DNA from: a virus
Virus record (IMG/VR): IMGVR_UViG_3300020170_000001
Location: 1 to 64,000 of that record
Reading direction: 5' to 3' (one strand)
DNA length: 64,000 nucleotides
The notes beneath the pieces were generated by a model. It made no database searches and was not told where the DNA came from. It was given only the letters and a program-made list of their open reading frames with translations. Positions 1 through 8,770 of the stretch are shown here, piece after piece. A program made the position numbers and the translations under genes. Each line of letters opens with the position of its first letter. Within the stretch, counting starts at the first letter, position 1.

Positions 1-190
1 TGTTGACGCGCACTGGCAGGGCCGCTGGCGGGCAGCCGTGGCCAAGGAAGGGGGTTCTAGCGGATGGGGGGTCTAGCAGGCGCTGAGGGCGTTCAGGGGG
101 GTCGCTCTTGGGGACGACAAGAAAGCGCCGCTAGGACGAATCGTCCTAGCGGCGCAAGGGGGGGTCGGGAAGCAAGGAGGATAGAGGGCC

Positions 191-409
191 TCAGAGGTAG
201 CGGTTGATGACCACCTGCGAACTAGGGGGGATGTCCAGGTCGGCCAACGGGAACCAACCGGAGTCGGCAAGCGGATTGCCGACGTCGATCATCGCGCCCT
301 GAACGCCATTGCGGGCGCTGAGGAACGCGACGCAGCCGAGAGCTCCGTCAGGGGTAGCGATGTCCACAAGGGTCTCACGGGCAATGAGCGCCTCTCCGAG
401 ATTGATCAC
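191..409 (-). CDS. hypothetical phage protein
   Basis: 72-aa ORF, GAGGAG RBS upstream. Confidence 0.55.
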   Translation of the reverse strand: MINLGEALIARETLVDIATPDGALGCVAFLSARNGVQGAMIDVGNPLADSGWFPLADLDIPPSSQVVINRYL

Positions 410-455
410 GCGATGCTCCTCAGGTATACGGGCGTAAGCGGCCGACGGTGGTGAT

Positions 456-674
456 TTATCGCTTACCCATCCCGTATACGCGGCAGTAACGGTAGGAATC
501 CTCCATGAACGCGGCGCTGTGTGCAGCCGCGATTGCGTAGCGGTCGGTGATAACGATCTGCAATGAGTCCGATTCGCCCGCCGGAAAGAATTCGGCGTTG
601 GCGTCCATCTCTCGGGCAGCCTCGACGTTCATTGCCTTTTTGTGATCAGTTGCTGCGCGACGAGAGGTCGACAT
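456..674 (-). CDS. hypothetical phage protein
   Basis: 72-aa ORF, AAGGGAG RBS. Confidence 0.6.
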   Translation of the reverse strand: MSTSRRAATDHKKAMNVEAAREMDANAEFFPAGESDSLQIVITDRYAIAAAHSAAFMEDSYRYCRVYGMGKR

Positions 675-720
675 GTCAGGCTCCCTTGGCGTCCGGGGTC
701 GATGTGGTGACGGGAAGAAT

Positions 721-753
721 CGGCCGGTTCCCCCGGATCATGAAGGAACCGGC
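721..753. terminator. GC-rich hairpin
   Basis: CGGCCGGTTCC / GGAACCGGCCG inverted repeat in an intergenic gap. Confidence 0.45.
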
Positions 754-868
754 CGGAGAGCAATCTCAGCGTTCAGAGCCTTGCCGTAGTCGCTGCCAGG
801 CCGCACGTTCGTATAGGCCTGGCGAAGCTCCGCAAGCGACCACGTGGCGAGCCACTCGGCAAGGTGCG

Positions 869-1108
869 TCACAGCGCCTCCCCGATCGGCACGGACGTCG
901 GGAGAACCGGCTGGCACTCGCCAGGGCTGAGGTAGACGTGCCAGACGCCGTCGATCTTCAGGAGGGCCGATTTCGGGTAGTGCTTCTCATTGACTGCCGC
1001 GCAGTGGTTGCACAACGACGTGCGAGGGGTGCAGTGGCAGCGCTCCTCACACGCGGGGCAGTTGAACATGAACCCGACCTCGTGCGGGTACGCGAGGTGA
1101 ACTGTCAT
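869..1108 (-). CDS. small Cys-rich (putative Zn-binding) protein
   Basis: CPAC..C.C...CNHC. Confidence 0.55.
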   Translation of the reverse strand: MTVHLAYPHEVGFMFNCPACEERCHCTPRTSLCNHCAAVNEKHYPKSALLKIDGVWHVYLSPGECQPVLPTSVPIGEAL

Positions 1109-1143
1109 GGGGTGACCCTGCCTTCCGGAGTCCGTCAACGCAA

Positions 1144-1509
1144 CTACCTCATGGATAGCTCGCCGTATGGTGTGCCTGCAACTGTCCCCGCGTGCAATGT
1201 GTCACACACTATCGGGCCTGCGTGTGGCCGCTTGGTGTGCCGTCGGCTTAGACCGTGAGCGCGTTTTCCCACTGTCCAATGAGTACTAGCGCCGCGAGAT
1301 CGGACTTTGGGTCGAATAGCTCCGCCAGAGATGTCCGGTTCGACGCCGACGCCAACGATTTCGGGGTGGAGGGCGGTCAGGAAGGCACGTTTAACGGCCC
1401 TGGTGCGGCCGTAAGCGCGCGATACCCCGGTTTCCGTACTCGGGTATACCCCCAGGGCTGAACGGCGCACAGCAGGCACGTCGATCTGAAATCCGGTATC
1501 CGACGTCAT
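1144..1509 (-). CDS. hypothetical phage protein
   Basis: ORF co-oriented with neighbours. Confidence 0.45.
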   Translation of the reverse strand: MTSDTGFQIDVPAVRRSALGVYPSTETGVSRAYGRTRAVKRAFLTALHPEIVGVGVEPDISGGAIRPKVRSRGASTHWTVGKRAHGLSRRHTKRPHAGPIVCDTLHAGTVAGTPYGELSMR

Positions 1510-1587
1510 GGGGTGTTCCAAGCCGCGACGTCCATCCTGTCCGGTTTCCCGCCGACCCGGCAGTCACATGGGGTCGAGCACACGAAA

Positions 1588-1618
1588 GCGACCCCCGGAC
1601 CAATGGTCCGGGGGTCGC
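1588..1618 (-). terminator. intrinsic terminator
   Basis: GCGACCCCCGGACCA / TGGTCCGGGGGTCGC hairpin followed by TTT on the minus strand. Confidence 0.75.
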
Positions 1619-1636
1619 GTGGGGCGTTCGGGAGGA

Positions 1637-2128
1637 TCAACGGTCAAGCTTGACCGTCATCACCACAGGTTCGTCGAGGTCGGCAATGACATCGCCCGCG
1701 CGCAGACTGACATGCCAGTCGCTCATGGTGTTCCGGAAGTGCAGGGCGGAAAAGGCATCCGAAAACTCAACGTCGCATTCTCCGTCGGCAGTGTCCCCGT
1801 GGACCGTGTACCCACTCAGGCGACCGAGCATCATGATCGATTCCATTGTTGCGGGAATGCGCTGCTCGTAAGCGTCGGCACTCATGGGGTTTCCTTCCAG
1901 GGGAGAGACAACATCGACAATTACGTCCCACTCAGACGCAGGAACAACACGACCGTTTCCGTCGGACTGAGTGTGCTCCGTGACCACGATGGGCAGGCCA
2001 CGCGACCAGACCTCTTGCTTGTCTAGGAAATCGCGCACGTTTTCAAGGCCACCGTAGACGAGGCTCGATTCTCGCGAGTGTGCTCCGCCCGGAACCATTC
2101 GGGTCCAGTCGACTCGATACTGTGCCAT
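1637..2128 (-). CDS. hypothetical phage protein (possible internal start near 1885)
   Basis: 163-aa ORF with an internal RBS + ATG. Confidence 0.6.
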   Translation of the reverse strand: MAQYRVDWTRMVPGGAHSRESSLVYGGLENVRDFLDKQEVWSRGLPIVVTEHTQSDGNGRVVPASEWDVIVDVVSPLEGNPMSADAYEQRIPATMESIMMLGRLSGYTVHGDTADGECDVEFSDAFSALHFRNTMSDWHVSLRAGDVIADLDEPVVMTVKLDR

Positions 2129-2129
2129 G

Positions 2130-2627
2130 TCACATCTCCGTCACGCGGCTGGCACGGTCGGCCTCCTGGCTCGCGAACCATCGGGCTTCCCGCCTTTGCT
2201 CGGCGGTAAGCGTGGTGAGGTAGGTGCGCCACTCAGCCGCACGCCGCAGCGACCCTAGAAACGCTTTCCGGTCGCCCACGGATCGGGCGACTCGCGCGGC
2301 CCGGAGGGCCCTTCGTGCCGCATCGTTGGCGTATTCGGACGTCGATCGGAACATCGTGAACCAGTAGCGCTCGCCATCCAACCGCGAGCCACATCCCTCG
2401 CACTGCGTCATGCTGAACCCCAGATAATCGCAGTCACAGCCTTCCCCGCGGTCGGCCTCCGTGCAGTTCTCGCGGTGTTCGCCGCCCATGGCGGGGGTGT
2501 AGCCGAACGTCAGCAGTGCCCACGGCTCCGGCTCTCCGGGTTCACGTTCCGGCACATCGCCGTTCGCGTGCGCGAGCATGCAATCCGTGCAGACGCTAAT
2601 CAGGCCGATGTCCTCTGTGCTGCGCAT
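2130..2627 (-). CDS. Cys-rich hypothetical protein
   Basis: CTDC...CDC...CEGC; GAGGGAG RBS. Confidence 0.7.
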   Translation of the reverse strand: MRSTEDIGLISVCTDCMLAHANGDVPEREPGEPEPWALLTFGYTPAMGGEHRENCTEADRGEGCDCDYLGFSMTQCEGCGSRLDGERYWFTMFRSTSEYANDAARRALRAARVARSVGDRKAFLGSLRRAAEWRTYLTTLTAEQRREARWFASQEADRASRVTEM

Positions 2628-2671
2628 GAGCGTGCTCCCTCGTGGTCCGGAGTCAAAATGGGTCTGGCACC

Positions 2672-2702
2672 AATGTACGTCGGGCCATCACGGGCGGCAT
2701 CG
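2672..2702 (-). promoter_or_regulatory. conserved 31-bp promoter-like element (copy 1)
   Basis: Exact reverse complement of 8273-8303; ATGCCG-N17-TACATT. Confidence 0.6.
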
Positions 2703-2759
2703 GCCGAACAGTCAGATGGCCTGGTATCCGCTCGGATACCAGGCCGTAGGCGACAGGGG

Positions 2760-3092
2760 TTACTTGGCTACGGGGGTGATCGTATCGAGGACACGACCTG
2801 TCCAATCGCGGATCTCGCCGAATTGCTGGAATGACGTCCATGCGTCTTGGATCGGCGGACGGCTTCCGATCGCGTTGAGCTCGAAAAGGGCGCACACGGT
2901 CCCGTAGGCGTAGCCGAACGCGGACGCACGGCCGGAGTCCTTGACGTCTCCTCCGGCATCCTGCCAACCCCACACGTAGGAAATCGCCTGCCCGTGCAGC
3001 AACTCGACCTTCTCAAGTTTTGCGGGGGACTCGATCAGGGCACGCGCGGCGTTGAAACGCTCGGCACACTGTGAAAAAAAGTCGATGGCCAT
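2760..3092 (-). CDS. hypothetical phage protein
   Basis: 110-aa ORF with RBS. Confidence 0.7.
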   Translation of the reverse strand: MAIDFFSQCAERFNAARALIESPAKLEKVELLHGQAISYVWGWQDAGGDVKDSGRASAFGYAYGTVCALFELNAIGSRPPIQDAWTSFQQFGEIRDWTGRVLDTITPVAK

Positions 3093-3405
3093 AGCTAGGC
3101 TCCCTTGTGTTGCAGGGTCAAATTGTCGGTATTGACATTAAAGGTAGCAGCTTGCTTAGGGCTGGTCTTCCGATACTTTCGAGTTCTAGACGTATTTACA
3201 TTAGTGAATAGAAGAAATTCGATCCGAACCTCTTCAGTATTCGTTATGGTTCCGTCACCGTTGAATATCGTAACCTTGTAAGTGTTTTTGTAGGCAGCCC
3301 GTTGAGTACCATCTGCCATAATGACGGTTCCGTCGATACTTTCGATAAGTTTCATAATAGCAAGTCGATGGCCATTGCTGGGGCTCCCTTGTGTCTCAGG
3401 GTCAA
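3079..3405. repeat. ~43-bp imperfect direct repeats (3079-3121, 3362-3405) flanking an AT-rich gene
   Basis: AAGTCGATGGCCAT.GCT..GGCTCCCTTGTGT..CAGGGTCAA in both copies. Confidence 0.85.
3095..3355 (-). CDS. AT-rich, probably recently acquired hypothetical protein
   Basis: 86-aa ORF, visibly lower GC than its flanks. Confidence 0.65.
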   Translation of the reverse strand: MKLIESIDGTVIMADGTQRAAYKNTYKVTIFNGDGTITNTEEVRIEFLLFTNVNTSRTRKYRKTSPKQAATFNVNTDNLTLQHKGA

Positions 3406-3414
3406 TCGGGAAGG

Positions 3415-3780
3415 TCAGGCGGGGATGTATTCCAGTGCCAACTCAGCGCCCAAGACTCGCATGTACGGGTCGGATTCCTCGCACGCGACGTTGCCAGTGC
3501 TGCCGATGAGTTCCGCATCCGTACTGTTGGAGAGCGTGAACAGGCAAACTACGAAGAGCGGCCCTTCGTATGGGAAGCTTCCCTCGTAGGCCTCCGTTTC
3601 CGGCTCAATCGAAACGAAGTAGGGCCCGGACGTGAGGCGCTCTTCGGCCGCAGCGAGCTGCCGCGCGCCGTTGATGCGGCCTTGCTCCTCCGTCTCGGTT
3701 GTCGGGTCATACGACGAGGGCGCGTTCTCGTAAAAGAACCGTTCGGCTTCCGTCAGTGTGCTGGTCATCTCGAATCCCAT
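3415..3780 (-). CDS. acidic hypothetical protein
   Basis: 121-aa ORF. Confidence 0.65.
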   Translation of the reverse strand: MGFEMTSTLTEAERFFYENAPSSYDPTTETEEQGRINGARQLAAAEERLTSGPYFVSIEPETEAYEGSFPYEGPLFVVCLFTLSNSTDAELIGSTGNVACEESDPYMRVLGAELALEYIPA

Positions 3781-3945
3781 CGGCGCACGGATCAGGGGGT
3801 GTCACCCAAGCATGCCCCGCGGTGAAACCGTCGACATCGCCTGATCGAACGATGTCGGGTCACCTGATCGTTTAGTTGCCGCGGGTGCGACCGATGACAC
3901 CCGCGGCGATGAACAGGCAGAAGAGAGTCCACGCAGCAACCGCCA

Positions 3946-4416
3946 TCACTGCCACTCCGCGAGGCGTTTTTCGAGTTCGGCCACAGTCGCCTCTTGTGAC
4001 CGGAGGAGTGTTGCTGTCGCGTCGCGTTCCGCGCGTGCGCTATCCATCTCATTGTTGAGCCTGGCGCGCTCCGCAAGACGCAGAACTTCTGGATTCGCGT
4101 CGATGTGGTCCTGTACGGCCGCCGCGATCGCGGCCACCATGGCAGCGGAGTAGAAATCCGGCGCATCCGTCCCTTGCGGGCGCTTTGACAGGCGCGGGCG
4201 CGTGCTGTCGTCGACGGCCACACGCCCAGTGGCATCGACGACAAAAAACACCATTCCGATGTACTCCTGCTCGCGGTAGACCAACGCTGGTGTTTCATCG
4301 TTGATGTGCGCCGGGCCGGATTCGTCACCGACGGTGACCGCAACGCGAGCCGTCATGCGTACCTTGCCGAATTTTGTGGTCAACACGATGTCTCTCGGGA
4401 AGCTCATCCAAGCCAT
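3946..4416 (-). CDS. hypothetical protein with C-terminal coiled coil
   Basis: 156-aa ORF, GAGGAAAGG RBS. Confidence 0.7.
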   Translation of the reverse strand: MAWMSFPRDIVLTTKFGKVRMTARVAVTVGDESGPAHINDETPALVYREQEYIGMVFFVVDATGRVAVDDSTRPRLSKRPQGTDAPDFYSAAMVAAIAAAVQDHIDANPEVLRLAERARLNNEMDSARAERDATATLLRSQEATVAELEKRLAEWQ

Positions 4417-4467
4417 GTCAGTTGGCCTTTCCTCGCGGCGGGTGGCGTTTCGGATGCCGTGAGGTGA

Positions 4468-4860
4468 CTAGGCCTCGTCGTCATCCTCGAAACTGTCCTC
4501 GTCATCGAAGAATTCCGACGCATTGCTGTTCTCAGGCAAGTAGTACTTCCCGAGCAGCCACGCAATGTGACTGTCGCCGTTTGTGATGATCAGTTCACGG
4601 ATGAGGAGCCGGACCAATTCGGGCGAATCTTTGGTTGCCTCGACGATCCATTCGTCGATTTGGTTGAGGATCTGTTCGCCGATCTGCTCTGCGAACGTGG
4701 ATTCGCGGTCCTCGTCGGACATCGCGAGGTACTCAGACAGCGTGACGTCGGACTCCTTCACGACCTGCCGGACGACGGACTCCACCCAACTGTGCGGAAT
4801 TTGATCGTTGTCGAGCACGAGCGTGTAGTGACGAACGAAGTAAGCCGCGATCTCTGACAT
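4468..4860 (-). CDS. acidic hypothetical protein
   Basis: 130-aa ORF, D/E-rich C-terminus. Confidence 0.7.
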   Translation of the reverse strand: MSEIAAYFVRHYTLVLDNDQIPHSWVESVVRQVVKESDVTLSEYLAMSDEDRESTFAEQIGEQILNQIDEWIVEATKDSPELVRLLIRELIITNGDSHIAWLLGKYYLPENSNASEFFDDEDSFEDDDEA

Positions 4861-4957
4861 GGCAGGTACCCTTCCGAAACGGGGTCAAGGGGTGTGGATC
4901 AATAGTGCGACAGTTTGTGTGCGGGGACATCAGCCGTTCGTCCGACGATGGGGTCGG

Positions 4958-5248
4958 CTACTCCGCCAGGATGCGCGGCGTTCCCGGCTTGCGGACGGTG
5001 CGGATCGACTCCACCTCGTACTCGGGAAGGTGGCGAGCCTGAACCGGACCGGCGGGCAGATTGTTGCTACCGGGCCACGTGTTGATGCCGTCCGAGACCG
5101 AACCATCCCGAGCAATGTAGATGGTGCGGAGCTTCCGTAGCGCGTCGGCCCGGTCGTATCCGCGGGAGTACGTAAGCACCGTCGCAGGCTTAGCGTCGGC
5201 AGCGCGGGTGTTGTAAGCCGAGAGAACGATGCGATACGTGTAGTACAT
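4958..5248 (-). CDS. hypothetical protein
   Basis: ORF with RBS before MYYTYR. Confidence 0.55.
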   Translation of the reverse strand: MYYTYRIVLSAYNTRAADAKPATVLTYSRGYDRADALRKLRTIYIARDGSVSDGINTWPGSNNLPAGPVQARHLPEYEVESIRTVRKPGTPRILAE

Positions 5249-5325
5249 GGTCCCTGCCTTCCGGGGTCGCTGCGGTGTTGACCCAACTATGCTCGCGTCG
5301 AATCGCCGTAGCATCGGCTGTTCGG

Positions 5326-5511
5326 TCAGTCGACGATCAACTGTTCGACTGACACGCCGTTGTCCGCGAGGAAGGTCACCAGGTCGGCTAGGTTCGTGAA
5401 TCGGGCGACGAACACGAGATCACGCTCCACCGTGAACGTTGTGCCCGCCGGATCGGCGGTTATCCGCAGATGCCGATCCGGCGAGTACATGACCGTCGGA
5501 TGAATTGCCAT
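5326..5511 (-). CDS. hypothetical protein
   Basis: 61 aa, stop/start overlap with upstream gene. Confidence 0.6.
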   Translation of the reverse strand: MAIHPTVMYSPDRHLRITADPAGTTFTVERDLVFVARFTNLADLVTFLADNGVSVEQLIVD

Positions 5512-5792
5512 TAGCCCACGTCGGCCAACGGATCACAGTCGCAATCCGCGCCCACGATGGCCACGCCAATTCGTTCAGACGCCTCTGCCGAGAGCTTCGC
5601 CTGCGCCGCTTCCGTGTAGGGCCCAATCGTGACGGTTTCGATGATCTCGCGGGAAACACAATCCCGTATCTGCAATTCGGCGTAGAGACCGCCATCGCGC
5701 CAAACGACAACCCAGGCAGAATGATCGCCACCGTGGATGCTCTTTGCCGTCGGCGCGACCCCTGTGTAACGCCATGTCAAGAGATTGACCAT
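5511..5792 (-). CDS. hypothetical protein
   Basis: RBS GGGAGG before MVNLLTW. Confidence 0.6.
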   Translation of the reverse strand: MVNLLTWRYTGVAPTAKSIHGGDHSAWVVVWRDGGLYAELQIRDCVSREIIETVTIGPYTEAAQAKLSAEASERIGVAIVGADCDCDPLADVG

Positions 5793-5808
5793 GCGCCCTG
5801 CCTCCCGA

Positions 5809-6099
5809 TCAGTAAACGGTGAACGCATGCGGCTTGCCCGCGGGTCGTTCATTCGACAGGCGGCGCTGCCCCATGACCACAAAGTTCGCGCTGTTGACGA
5901 ATTGCTGCACGTGCCGGGAGCACGACTGCCGACGAACCGGCTCGGCGTCCGCGATCGCTACACCGTCGGTTGCCGGACGCAGGTCGAACGAGGCGGACGC
6001 GGCCTTGACGCATTGGCGATTGTTTCCGTCGCAGCGGCGGTGCCGGAAATCGAGACGCGCGTAGCGCTCCGAAACCGTGCCGATCCAGTTTGTGGGCAT
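5809..6099 (-). CDS. hypothetical protein
   Basis: RBS GGAGAG before MPTNW. Confidence 0.55.
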   Translation of the reverse strand: MPTNWIGTVSERYARLDFRHRRCDGNNRQCVKAASASFDLRPATDGVAIADAEPVRRQSCSRHVQQFVNSANFVVMGQRRLSNERPAGKPHAFTVY

Positions 6100-6276
6100 G
6101 TGAGCTCTCCATTCTTCCGGAGTCAAGGCCGTGCGTGCAGTGAATCGGTGAAGCCTTCGTCGTTGTTCGATTTGCTCGGCACGGAAACCGTCCGGGTCGC
6201 TGTTCAGGATTGACGCGCGGTCAGCGTGAAACCGTTGTCTCGATCTCCGCGGATTCGAAACCGTTGCCGGCTGCCC

Positions 6277-6561
6277 TCACCTTCCGGTCCAGCCCATTCG
6301 GTTGAAGATCCGGCCGGCCGCAGCGAGGTCCCTTTCGATGCTGTCGAGGTTCGCGCGCAGGTCGTTGCTCTGCTCCATCTCGTCTTTCAGATGGGACACG
6401 ATCGACTCCATGACGGTCATCAACTCGGCGAAGGTCTCCGGTCGCCGACCCATGCCGCCGTGCGGGAGCGCGATGGCCGGCGCGCTGCCGATGATCGCGT
6501 TGACGATCCTTTTCTGGGCGTCGGTGAGCGGCGCGGATACGGTGGTGGCGGTCTCGTCCAT
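6277..6561 (-). CDS. coiled-coil hypothetical protein
   Basis: 94 aa, GGAAGGA RBS. Confidence 0.65.
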   Translation of the reverse strand: MDETATTVSAPLTDAQKRIVNAIIGSAPAIALPHGGMGRRPETFAELMTVMESIVSHLKDEMEQSNDLRANLDSIERDLAAAGRIFNRMGWTGR

Positions 6562-6646
6562 GTGGACTCGTCCTTCCAGAGTCTCCTACGTGCTGACGTT
6601 CACCAGTCTGCCCCGCACTGAAACCGTGTCGCATCGGCTGAACGGC

Positions 6647-7009
6647 CTATGCGGGATGGGTCGAATCGGTAGAGCAGAGCGCGCAGTGGAAGCCGAGACC
6701 GATGGCCTCGCGATGCGCCTGGTGACCGAGCAAGGCTTCTTCCTCGCTGTCGTAACCCTGGATCTCATCCCACGGTGAGTTGTCGAGACGAATCGCGGTG
6801 CCGAACAACCGTGAGCGATCGATGCCAGGGCAGACGAAACCGAGGTAGACGGTCGCGAGGGTCGCGGGATGATCATTCAGCGTGACGGTGTCCCGGCAGA
6901 GGGTTCGGTCCCGCTCGTAGAGCGCGCCCCACTCCTCGACGCTGATCGGATTTCCCAGCGGATCATAGTAAAAGTGATCGGGGTCGAATCCGTTGGCGAT
7001 GCTGGTCAC
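6647..7009 (-). CDS. hypothetical phage protein
   Basis: GTG start overlapping the upstream stop; 'TVYLG...LFGT...YDSEEEALLGH'. Confidence 0.65.
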   Translation of the reverse strand: MTSIANGFDPDHFYYDPLGNPISVEEWGALYERDRTLCRDTVTLNDHPATLATVYLGFVCPGIDRSRLFGTAIRLDNSPWDEIQGYDSEEEALLGHQAHREAIGLGFHCALCSTDSTHPA

Positions 7010-7254
7010 TGGTCGACCGTGTTGCGAATCCGTGCGGCGCTCCGCTGCTTTCGCGCGATCAAGGTGATGCCGACGACGGTTGGCAGGATCGTCACGGCGA
7101 ACGCCGCGTTGTCCGCCCATTCGGAGTGGATGTGAGCTGCACGCAACAAGGTCAACGAGTACGCGCAAGAGGCTGAGCTCCCGCCGGCGAGCCAGCCCAG
7201 CCAGAACACGGGATTCTTGATCCAACTCCGCGAGCTAGTACTTCGTGTCGACAT
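7006..7254 (-). CDS. small membrane protein
   Basis: Two hydrophobic segments; leaderless behind TTCACG-N17-TACTGT. Confidence 0.6.
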   Translation of the reverse strand: MSTRSTSSRSWIKNPVFWLGWLAGGSSASCAYSLTLLRAAHIHSEWADNAAFAVTILPTVVGITLIARKQRSAARIRNTVDQ

Positions 7255-7471
7255 ACCAGCGACAGTAGCCGGGTACTAGCATTCCGTGAACACAAAGCCG
7301 CACAGCCCGTGCGGGTGACTCGGTGTCTGATCCGCTACCGTGAGATCTTCCGTGATGGTGTACGGAGGAAGGTTCAGATCCTCACACGGTCGACACTGCC
7401 TAGCCATCACCGAACGAGCCGACCGGGCCCCCGTCGTCTGCGCCCGGTCGGCTCGTTTCGTCGCCCGTGGA

Positions 7472-7750
7472 TCAGGGGGTGGGCGAGAATCCCTGGGCGT
7501 CGAGCGCGGTCAGCGCGTCGGTCAGGGCCTGCAAGGTGCTGACCGCTGGGAGCGGAGCGATGACGCCGTTGCTGTCAGGGTGGTTGCGGACGTAGAGCTG
7601 CAGGTCGCACGATCCGTCGTAGCTGACTGTTCGGGAGATCGTGTAGTCGGTGAATCCGGCGTTGACCAGCGCGGTCTCCACGTCGGTGTAGGTTGCCGCG
7701 GTGTCCATGTGCATCGAGAGCGCGACTTCGGTGCCGAGGGTGATAGCCAT
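7472..7750 (-). CDS. hypothetical protein
   Basis: 92 aa, high GC3, ACCGATAA 8 nt upstream of the ATG. Confidence 0.7.
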   Translation of the reverse strand: MAITLGTEVALSMHMDTAATYTDVETALVNAGFTDYTISRTVSYDGSCDLQLYVRNHPDSNGVIAPLPAVSTLQALTDALTALDAQGFSPTP

Positions 7751-7881
7751 GTACGGGCTTATCGGTCGTAACCTCCGCGTTGATGACCTAGTTGTCGGGA
7801 TTTTTGGGGCTGAAAGGTCGACTTTACGACGACGTGCGGAGCGCTACTTTGGGCCTCGACCCCGCGAGCAAGGAGCCATCT

Positions 7882-8088
7882 GTGACGTCATCCATCCACG
7901 CCCTGACCCGCCGCATCGAAGCCTTGGAGGCCCGTCTGGCCGATGTGGAGGGCGGGTATGGCCGGACCCTGTATCAGCTCCACCGTCACGCGGTGCGTAC
8001 CAACCTGGCCATTGACAAGATGCTCGACCGCGTCGGCCTGACCGCCCCGACGGAGGCCGAGGTGGACGCGGTAATCGACGAGAGTTGA
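7882..8088 (+). CDS. coiled-coil hypothetical protein
   Basis: AAGGAG RBS before GTG; followed by a terminator. Confidence 0.65.
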   Translation: MTSSIHALTRRIEALEARLADVEGGYGRTLYQLHRHAVRTNLAIDKMLDRVGLTAPTEAEVDAVIDES

Positions 8089-8106
8089 CCCACGTCCGCT
8101 GACACC

Positions 8107-8138
8107 GAGACGCCCCGGGTAGCAGCCCGGGGCGTCTC
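8107..8138 (+). terminator. terminator hairpin (copy 1)
   Basis: 13-bp stem, loop TAGCAG. Confidence 0.75.
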
Positions 8139-8272
8139 TGTTGGCGATCGTCTCGCCGGCCTCGACTCTAGTGGGAGTGCATCGAGAGCGCGACTTCGGT
8201 GCCGAGGGTGATAGCAGCCGTGTACGGGCTTATCGGTCGTAACCCCTGCTGGTGGCGACCTAGCCGTTTGGG

Positions 8273-8303
8273 CGATGCCGCCCGTGATGGCCCGACGTAC
8301 ATT
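8273..8303 (+). promoter_or_regulatory. conserved 31-bp promoter-like element (copy 2)
   Basis: CGATGCCGCCCGTGATGGCCCGACGTACATT upstream of the 8380 gene. Confidence 0.6.
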
Positions 8304-8379
8304 CGTCGGGCATGCACACATGGGTCGACGGGCCATCCAATGAGACACCCTACGCGGAGGCCCAACGGAGGGCGGTTGA

Positions 8380-8652
8380 ATGGACAGGTTCGGCAAGATA
8401 GTGGTCGAGGGCAAAGCCCTCGGTTTGATGCTCAAAATGCTGAACGCCGTCAGAGGCGAACTGGTGACTGTTCTCCGAGACGCGGACGGTGGGCCCGGTG
8501 AGGAGTTCGGCGAGAACGACTTGGTCTTGATTCACGCCGATGACCAAGGGGTCACGGGCTACGGCGTCGACGTGGACGGCGAGATCATCGAGCCGGAGAC
8601 GATCATTCAGCGGCGCTGGGATGACGGGTTCACGACAGTCCACGTCCACTGA
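8380..8652 (+). CDS. acidic hypothetical protein
   Basis: 90 aa, GGAGG RBS. Confidence 0.7.
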   Translation: MDRFGKIVVEGKALGLMLKMLNAVRGELVTVLRDADGGPGEEFGENDLVLIHADDQGVTGYGVDVDGEIIEPETIIQRRWDDGFTTVHVH

Positions 8653-8656
8653 ACGC

Positions 8657-8688
8657 GAAACGCCCCGGGCTGCTACCCGGGGCGTCTC
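8657..8688. terminator. terminator hairpin (copy 2) between convergent genes
   Basis: Same stem as 8107-8138, loop CTGCTA. Confidence 0.75.
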
Positions 8689-8770
8689 TGCTGGTGATCG
8701 TCTCGCTCGGCCGCTACCGTGTCGATCATGACCGGGGCACTTCTCGGATCCGGCACGGCCGGCCTCGACT

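Noticed and set aside
8168-8365. 65-aa minus-strand ORF ending AITLGTEVALSMHSH
   Set aside because: A by-product of the duplication junction; no RBS and the original start codon is lost.
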